A stretch of 64,000 nt of DNA from contig CAWGOK010000060.1 of NCBI GenBank assembly GCA_963824005.1, positions 412 through 64,411 of the forward strand. The letters run 5' to 3'. Origin of the DNA: an uncultured beta proteobacterium. GTDB taxonomy: Bacteria; Pseudomonadota; Gammaproteobacteria; Burkholderiales; Burkholderiaceae_C. The notes under the pieces are model-generated. The model worked only from the letters and a program-made list of their open reading frames with translations. It searched no databases and was not told the DNA's origin. Position numbers and translations under genes: made by a program. Below are positions 58,117 through 64,000 of this stretch, piece by piece; the stretch's first letter is position 1, and each line of letters begins with the position of its first letter.

Positions 58117-59172
58117 TCAAGCGGCGGCGCCGGGCTGCCCCGCCACCGGCACCGCGAACACCTCCACCGCGGCCGCTTTGCCCTTGAATTGCACCGTGCC
58201 CAGCGCCTGCAGCGCGAAGCGCCGGCCCAGGGCGGCGCTCGTGGCCTCGTCGATGAGGATCGGCTGGCCTGCCAGCTTGGTGTGCGCCTCCAGCCGCGCG
58301 GCCAGGTTCACCGTGTCGCCGATGCAGGTGTAGGTGGCGCGCTGTTGGGTGCCGGTGTAGCCGGCCACCATCTCGCCGGTGGCGATGCCCACGCCGATGC
58401 GGATCGGCGCCTTGCCGACGGCCACGCGTTCGACGTTGAACAGGTCGATCAGCTCCAGCATGTCCAGGGCGGCGTGCACCGCGCTGCCGCAGCCGTCGGC
58501 CAGCGGCAGCGGCGCGCCGAAGATGGCCATCAGGCCGTCGCCGATCATCTGGTTGACCACACCGCCGCGCCCGCTGATGGCGTCGAACATCAGCGTGTAG
58601 TAGGTGTTGAGCAGTTCGATGGTTTCTTCCGGACTCTGCTGCTCCACCAGCGAGGTGAAGCCGCGGATGTCGGAGAACATCACCGAACCGTGCACGCGCT
58701 TGCCGCCCAGCGCAAAGCCCGATTGCTGCAGATCCTGCGCCACCTCGCTGGTGGCGAAGCGGCGCACCAGCTCCTTCTGCTGGTCGCGCAGGCGCTTTTT
58801 CTCCAGGCTCGAATTGATGCGTGCGCGCAGCAGCACCGGATTCACCGGCTTGGGCAGATAGTCGTCGGCGCCCAGCTCGATGCAGCGCACCACATGCGCC
58901 ACGCCTTCGAGCGAACTGGTGACGATGACCGGCAGGTCGCGCAGTTGGCTGTCGGCAACCAGATGCTCGAGCACCTCGAAGCCGGTCATCTCGGGCATTT
59001 CCATGTCCAGCAGCAGCAGGTCGAAGCTCTCGCGCCGCAGCATATCCAGCGCGATGCGGCCGTTCTCGGCACTGGCCACGCGGTGGCCCAGCATTTCCAG
59101 GCTGCGCGACAGCAGCAGCCGGTTGACCTTGTTGTCGTCGGCCACCAGCAGCCGCGCACCGGTTTCAGCCAC
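58117..59172 (-). CDS. Response regulator receiver + class III adenylate/guanylate cyclase
   Basis: REC (LVADDN, LLDMEMP, LPKP) followed by cyclase motifs FSDIRGFT, IGDG, GDTVNLAARLE, FKGK. Confidence 0.92.
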   Translation of the reverse strand: MAETGARLLVADDNKVNRLLLSRSLEMLGHRVASAENGRIALDMLRRESFDLLLLDMEMPEMTGFEVLEHLVADSQLRDLPVIVTSSLEGVAHVVRCIELGADDYLPKPVNPVLLRARINSSLEKKRLRDQQKELVRRFATSEVAQDLQQSGFALGGKRVHGSVMFSDIRGFTSLVEQQSPEETIELLNTYYTLMFDAISGRGGVVNQMIGDGLMAIFGAPLPLADGCGSAVHAALDMLELIDLFNVERVAVGKAPIRIGVGIATGEMVAGYTGTQQRATYTCIGDTVNLAARLEAHTKLAGQPILIDEATSAALGRRFALQALGTVQFKGKAAAVEVFAVPVAGQPGAAA

Positions 59173-59509
59173 GCGTCAGCTCCTGCAGCGTGGCGGTGAC
59201 GCGCGCATATTCGGCGTCCAGCGCATCCAACGGCGCGGCAGCTGCTGGCAGGCCCGCCAGTTCCAGATCGCGGGCCATCTCGGCCAGCCGGTTGGCGCCG
59301 AAAGTGTTGCCGTTGGACTTGAGCGAATGCGCCGCGCGGCGGAACGCGTCGGCATTGCCGCCACTCAGGGCCGCGCGCAACTCGGCCAGCATCTGCGGCG
59401 CTTCCTCCAGGAAGGTGCCCACCAACTCGGCCACGAATTCGGCACCGGCAGTGTCCTGCAGTTCGGTAAAGATGGCCCGGTCGATGGGGTCTTGAGCCAT
59501 GTCAGTCAT
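59165..59509 (-). CDS. Stand-alone Hpt phosphotransfer protein
   Basis: FLEEAP...RRAAHSLKSNG...GANRL; overlaps the cyclase start; start 59509 or 59500. Confidence 0.9.
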   Translation of the reverse strand: MTDMAQDPIDRAIFTELQDTAGAEFVAELVGTFLEEAPQMLAELRAALSGGNADAFRRAAHSLKSNGNTFGANRLAEMARDLELAGLPAAAAPLDALDAEYARVTATLQELTRG

Positions 59510-59542
59510 CCCTTCCTTTCAAGCCCGAAGGATTGATCCGCT

Positions 59543-59841
59543 TCAGTCCCGATGGATTTTGCGAAGATGCCCGATGCGCGCCACCGTGACAAGCACGCGC
59601 GCGTCGGCAGATGAGGCGGTAGTCGCCCACACGATACTTCCAGTAGGCCCCGTGGCGCTCACCACGCAGCGCCTCACCGATGGCGGGCGGGTCGCCGCCA
59701 TGTCGGATGCGTTCATCGAGAAACTTCAGCAGCCGTTGCGCCACCGCCCGATGGAGATTGCGCATGCACTTGGCGGCTCAGTCTTCTGGGCCAGCGTGTC
59801 CAGGCGTTGTTCGATGTTTCTAGCAGGAGAACGGCCAGCAT
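59543..59841 (-). pseudogene. Decayed RelBE/ParDE-like toxin-antitoxin remnant
   Basis: Frameshifted antitoxin N-terminus (MLAVLLLE/IEQRLDTLAQKT) joined to toxin body AQRLLKFLDERI...IGEALRG...YWKYRVGDYRLIC, then in another frame DARVLVTVARIGHLRKIHRD*. Confidence 0.75.
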
Positions 59842-59881
59842 GTAAATGCTCCGGCAAGGTGACATACAAGCATAGCGCCGA

Positions 59882-62800
59882 TCATGGCGCACCGCGTGCC
59901 TGCGCGGCCAGCAGTGCCTCGACCAACGCATCCACCCGGATCGGCTTGGTGACGTAGTCGTCCATGCCGGCGGCAATGCACTCCTCGCGGTCGCCGGTCA
60001 TGGCGTTGGCGGTCATGGCGACGATGCGTGGCCGCTTGCCGTCCGGCCAGCGTTCGGCAATGCGCCGCGTGGCTTCCAGCCCATCCATCTCGGGCATCTG
60101 CACGTCCATCAGCACCACGTCGTAGGGCTGGCGCTCACAGCATTCGACGGCCTCGATGCCGTTGGATGCCAGGTCGGCGCGGTAGCCCATCTGCTGCAGC
60201 AGCCGCAAGGCCAGCTTCTGGTTGACCACGTTGTCCTCGGCCAGCAGGATGCGCAGCGGGTGGCGCGTGGCCATCTCCTTGTCCATCACCGGCTTGGCCG
60301 GCGCGGCGGCGCGCGGCGCGGCGCCTTGCACCAGCAGCGTCATCAGCGTGTCGAACAGGCTGCTCTGGCGCAGCGGCTTGGCGAGCGTCGCCTTGAACAG
60401 ATCGCCGGCTTCGGCCAGCGCCTCGCGCCGGCCCAGGCTGCTGAACAGCACCATCGGCATCGCCGCGTCGATGGTGCGCAGCTTTGTCGCCAGCTGCACC
60501 CCGTCCATGCCGGGCATGTGCATGTCGATGATGGCCAGGTCGAAACGCGCGCCGCCCTGTACCCAGGCCAATGCCTGTTCCGGCGATTCGGTGTCCTGCG
60601 GCGCGATGCCCCAGCGCGCGGTCTGCAGCCGCAGGATTTTGCGATTGGTGGCGTTGTCATCCACCACCAGCAGCCGCTTGCCGGCCAACTGCGGTTGCTC
60701 GCCGGCAAAACTGCGGCGCTGCGTCTCCAGTGGCAACTCGGCCGGTGGCGCGGCGATGGTGAAGTGGAAGGTCGAGCCGCAGCCCGACCCGGCCGAGTCC
60801 ACCCACATCGTGCCGCCCATCAGTTCGGCCAGCCGCTTGCTGATGGCCAGCCCGAGGCCGGTGCCGCCGTACTTGCGCGTGGTCGAGGAATCGGCCTGGC
60901 TGAAGCTCTGAAACAGCTTGGCCTTGCCGGCTTCGCTCAAGCCGATGCCGGTGTCGCGCACCGCAAAGTGCAGGCAGCTGCCGCCCTCGGTCTGCTCATC
61001 GCCTTCGGCCGTGACCGTCAGCACGACTTCGCCGCGCTCGGTGAACTTGACCGCATTGCTCAGCAGGTTCAGCAGCACCTGGCGCAGCCGCGTCACGTCG
61101 CCGGTGATGGCCGCGGGCACCTCGCCTTCGAACAGGTAGGCCACGTCCAGGTGCTTCTCTGCCGCGCGGCCGCCAATCAGGTCTAGCGCCGATTCCACAC
61201 AGTCACGCAGGTCGAAGGGATGCGACTCCACGTCCATGCGCCCGGCCTCGATCTTGGAGAAGTCGAGGATGTCGTTGATGATCGTCAGCAGCGCATCGCC
61301 GCTGTCGCGGATGGTGGATGCGAAGTCGCGCTGCTCGGCATTCAGCGGTGTGTCGAGCAGCAGCCCGCTCATGCCGATGACGGCGTTCATCGGCGTGCGG
61401 ATCTCGTGACTCATCGTTGCCAGGAAGCTGCTCTTGGCCTCGTTGGCGGCTTCGGCCTGGGCGCGGGCTTCCTGTGCGTCATGGAACAGCCGCGCGTTCT
61501 GGATCGCGATCACCGCCTGGTCGGCGAAGGCCTCGAGCAGTGCGATTTCCTTGTCGGTGAAAGGCTTGGGCGGGAATCGTCCCGCATGGATCGCGCCGAT
61601 GCCCTTGCCCTTCCACACCAGGGGCACCAGCAGTTGCGAACCGTTGCCAAGAGGACGCTGCGCTTCGCGCAGCACATCGGGCACGCCCGCGCCATGCAGC
61701 ACGTCCGGGTGGTGCAGCACCTGGCGCTTGTGAGCCACATAGCCATGCAAGGAATCGCGGGACGGTCGGGGATGCGCGTGGCGAAGCGATTCGATCACGC
61801 GGTGGTAGTGGTCATCGGCCGCGAACTCGGGCTCGTCGGTCGCCTTCAGTTGCACCATGCCATCGGCGTCGATCAGCCCCAGGTTGACGAAGTTGGTGCC
61901 CAGCAGCCGCTGGCCGCTGCGCAGGATCTTGTCGAACACCGGCTGCGTGTCCGAAACCGAACTGCTGATGACTTGCAGCACCTCGGCGCTGGCGGTCTGC
62001 CGCTCCAGTGCCTCTTTGGTCTCGCGGAACAGCCGCGCGTTCTGGATCGCGATCACCGCCTGGTCGGCAAAGGTCTGCAGCAACGCCAGTTCCTTGTCAG
62101 TGAACGCGCGCGGTGGAACCCGGCCCACGGCAATGCCGCCGATACCGCGGCCCTGCCACACCATTGGCGCAAACGCGATCGCAAAGTCCATCCCTCGTTC
62201 GCCCATGCTGCGCAGGCCCTTCGGCACGCCCGGGGCGAGCACGCTCGGGAAGTGAACCAGGCGGCGGTCGCGGATCGCCTCGCCGAAGGCCGTGCGTTCC
62301 ACCGGTGCCGGCAACGCGGCCAGTTCGGCATCGGCGGCGATGCCGCGTACCGCGGCGAATGAGAGCTGTCCGGTCTCGTCCACCAGCATCACCGCCAACT
62401 GGTTGGCATCGAACAAGCGGTGGCAGCGGTCCAGGATCTCCGCAAACACGGGGCTGGAATCCGCGACCGAACTGCTGATGACACTCAACACCTCGGCCGA
62501 GGCCTTCTGCTGTTCGAGCGCCTCCTGCGTCTCCTTGAACATCTTCGCGTTCTGGATCGCGATCACTGCCTGGTCGGCGAAGGTCTGTGCCAGCTTGATC
62601 TCGCTCTCGGTGAACGCCCGCGGCGGAACGCGGCTGATATCGATCGTGCCCAAGCCCTTGCCCTCCCACATCATCGGCACCAGCAGGATCGAGAAGTTCT
62701 CGTTTTCCGTGGCAAGCGTGCGAAAGAAGTTCGGGCCGTTCGACGCGTCGGGCACATGCATCACCTTGCCGCTGCGAAGCGTCTTGCCCTGCAAGGTCTT

Positions 62801-64000
62801 GTCCACCGGGGCGGGCAGCACTGCATCGAATATCTTGGCCGCCTGCGCAGAGTAGCCCGCAAAGGCCTTCGACTGAAGCATGCCGTCAGGGTCGACCAGC
62901 AGCAGGCTCACCATGTGGCCGTCGAAAAGCCTGTAGCAGCTGTGCACGATGGCGTCGAACACCGGCTGGGTTTGCGCCACGGAACTGCTGATCACGCGCA
63001 GCACCTCGGCGCTGGCGGTCTGCTGTTCCAGCGCATCCTGCGTCTCCTTGAACAGCCGCGCGTTCTGGATCGCGATCACCGCCTGGTCGCAGAAAGTCTT
63101 GAGCAGCGCAATCTCCTTGTCGCTGAAGGGCGAGGGCGGAATCCGGTTGACCGACAGTGCACCTATGCCTCGACCCTCCCACACCATGGGGGCACAGACC
63201 AAAGAGTAGTTGCCGAGCTCCTTGGCCGTTTCGCGCAAGCCGGCCGGGACGTCGGGGCCGTTCAACACATCCGGGTAGTGCAGCACCCGGTTCTTGTGCA
63301 CTGCCAAGCCTTGGATCGACTCACGTGCCGGCCGTGGGAACGCGCTTCGCAGGCGTTCCACCATCGCCCGCTGTGCGGGGGTGGTTTGCGCCAGACGCTC
63401 GGAGTTGACGATCAGATGCACCAGACCGTCGTCCCCGATCAGCCCGATGCTCTGGAGTTCCGATTCGAACAGCGCCTCGCAGCTGCCGAGAATCTTGTCG
63501 AATACCGGCGCCGTGTCGGCCACCGAACTGCTGATGACCTGCAGCACTTCGGCAGTGGCCGTCTGCTGCTCCAGCGCCTCCTTCGTCTCATTGAACAGGC
63601 GCACGTTCTCGATCGCGATCACCGCCTGGTCGGCAAAGGTCTGCAGCAGCTCCACCAGGTGCGGCGCGAAGGGTCCCGGTTCGCGCCGGGTGACGCTGAT
63701 CATGCCGATCAGCTGCCCGCCACGCAGAAGCGGGCAGAACAGCATGCTGCGGTAGCCGCGCTGGCGGGCCAGGTCGCGCACCACGGCGCCCGCCTGGGCC
63801 TCGTCCTCGGTGTCGGTGATGCGCACCACCGCGCCTTCGCGCAGGGGCGCCGCCGACGGCACGTCGGCCAGCGGCCTGGGAAACGACGCCTTCAGTGCGT
63901 CGTCCGCGGCCGCGTTGGTCGGTGTGAAGGCCACCAGATGCAACTGCTCGTCGAAGATTCTGAACACGGCCGTCGAGAAGCCGCCGATGAGGCGGTTCGA
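59882..64000 (-). CDS. Multi-GAF hybrid sensor histidine kinase (GAF x>=5, HisKA, HATPase, REC, REC); 5' end beyond the window
   Basis: Five F[AC]DQAVIAI GAF ends, H-box [38 protein letters not shown], two receivers (DMHMP, DVQMP). Confidence 0.95.
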   Translation of the reverse strand, partial: SNRLIGGFSTAVFRIFDEQLHLVAFTPTNAAADDALKASFPRPLADVPSAAPLREGAVVRITDTEDEAQAGAVVRDLARQRGYRSMLFCPLLRGGQLIGMISVTRREPGPFAPHLVELLQTFADQAVIAIENVRLFNETKEALEQQTATAEVLQVISSSVADTAPVFDKILGSCEALFESELQSIGLIGDDGLVHLIVNSERLAQTTPAQRAMVERLRSAFPRPARESIQGLAVHKNRVLHYPDVLNGPDVPAGLRETAKELGNYSLVCAPMVWEGRGIGALSVNRIPPSPFSDKEIALLKTFCDQAVIAIQNARLFKETQDALEQQTASAEVLRVISSSVAQTQPVFDAIVHSCYRLFDGHMVSLLLVDPDGMLQSKAFAGYSAQAAKIFDAVLPAPVDKTLQGKTLRSGKVMHVPDASNGPNFFRTLATENENFSILLVPMMWEGKGLGTIDISRVPPRAFTESEIKLAQTFADQAVIAIQNAKMFKETQEALEQQKASAEVLSVISSSVADSSPVFAEILDRCHRLFDANQLAVMLVDETGQLSFAAVRGIAADAELAALPAPVERTAFGEAIRDRRLVHFPSVLAPGVPKGLRSMGERGMDFAIAFAPMVWQGRGIGGIAVGRVPPRAFTDKELALLQTFADQAVIAIQNARLFRETKEALERQTASAEVLQVISSSVSDTQPVFDKILRSGQRLLGTNFVNLGLIDADGMVQLKATDEPEFAADDHYHRVIESLRHAHPRPSRDSLHGYVAHKRQVLHHPDVLHGAGVPDVLREAQRPLGNGSQLLVPLVWKGKGIGAIHAGRFPPKPFTDKEIALLEAFADQAVIAIQNARLFHDAQEARAQAEAANEAKSSFLATMSHEIRTPMNAVIGMSGLLLDTPLNAEQRDFASTIRDSGDALLTIINDILDFSKIEAGRMDVESHPFDLRDCVESALDLIGGRAAEKHLDVAYLFEGEVPAAITGDVTRLRQVLLNLLSNAVKFTERGEVVLTVTAEGDEQTEGGSCLHFAVRDTGIGLSEAGKAKLFQSFSQADSSTTRKYGGTGLGLAISKRLAELMGGTMWVDSAGSGCGSTFHFTIAAPPAELPLETQRRSFAGEQPQLAGKRLLVVDDNATNRKILRLQTARWGIAPQDTESPEQALAWVQGGARFDLAIIDMHMPGMDGVQLATKLRTIDAAMPMVLFSSLGRREALAEAGDLFKATLAKPLRQSSLFDTLMTLLVQGAAPRAAAPAKPVMDKEMATRHPLRILLAEDNVVNQKLALRLLQQMGYRADLASNGIEAVECCERQPYDVVLMDVQMPEMDGLEATRRIAERWPDGKRPRIVAMTANAMTGDREECIAAGMDDYVTKPIRVDALVEALLAAQARGAP
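61480..63660 (-). repeat. Intragenic dispersed direct repeats (GAF-linker coding segments)
   Basis: GATCGCGATCAC[CT]GCCTGGTCG at 61502, 62045, 62555, 63068 and 63611; spacings 543, 510, 513 and 543 bp. Confidence 0.85.

Noticed and set aside
58117..59841. Cyclase plus toxin fragment as a Pycsar/CBASS-like anti-phage system
   Set aside because: The cyclase is REC-fused within a phosphorelay, no cNMP-binding TIR or TM effector is adjacent, and the toxin is a decayed RelE-like remnant.
61480..63660. Regularly spaced repeats as a CRISPR array or DGR template
   Set aside because: Spacing is above 500 bp, in frame and inside a CDS; no cas or reverse transcriptase gene is visible.

Overview
High-GC betaproteobacterial chromosomal segment; gene order and proteins suggest Burkholderiales, probably Rubrivivax/Ideonella-like. 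Most of it is housekeeping: yqeY-rpsU, zapB-like/zapA/6S RNA/EVE, nth-rnfB, phaZ, tyrB, uvrB, the isc operon followed by tsaD, hsp20, rpsO-pnp, tpiA-secG-tRNA-Leu and a complete nuoA-N operon. The right third is accessory-like. It holds a LysR/DUF2917/GNAT module, a nested-palindrome intergenic element, a protocatechuate 4,5-cleavage (lig/pmd) cluster with a TRAP transporter, and a multi-GAF hybrid kinase -> Hpt -> REC-class III cyclase phosphorelay interrupted by a decayed RelBE-like toxin-antitoxin remnant. Six genes between 39 and 58 kb each carry one +1 frameshift, most likely consensus errors. Best leads: (1) a signal-peptide-less ModA-fold protein heading a lig operon that lacks ligU, a candidate non-homologous oxalomesaconate isomerase; (2) the phosphorelay-controlled cyclase with Gln in place of the adenine-specifying Lys, fed by a cassette-like GAF array; (3) structured intergenic elements. 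No CRISPR array, rRNA, transposase or integrase was seen. All family assignments come from motif recognition, not database searches.
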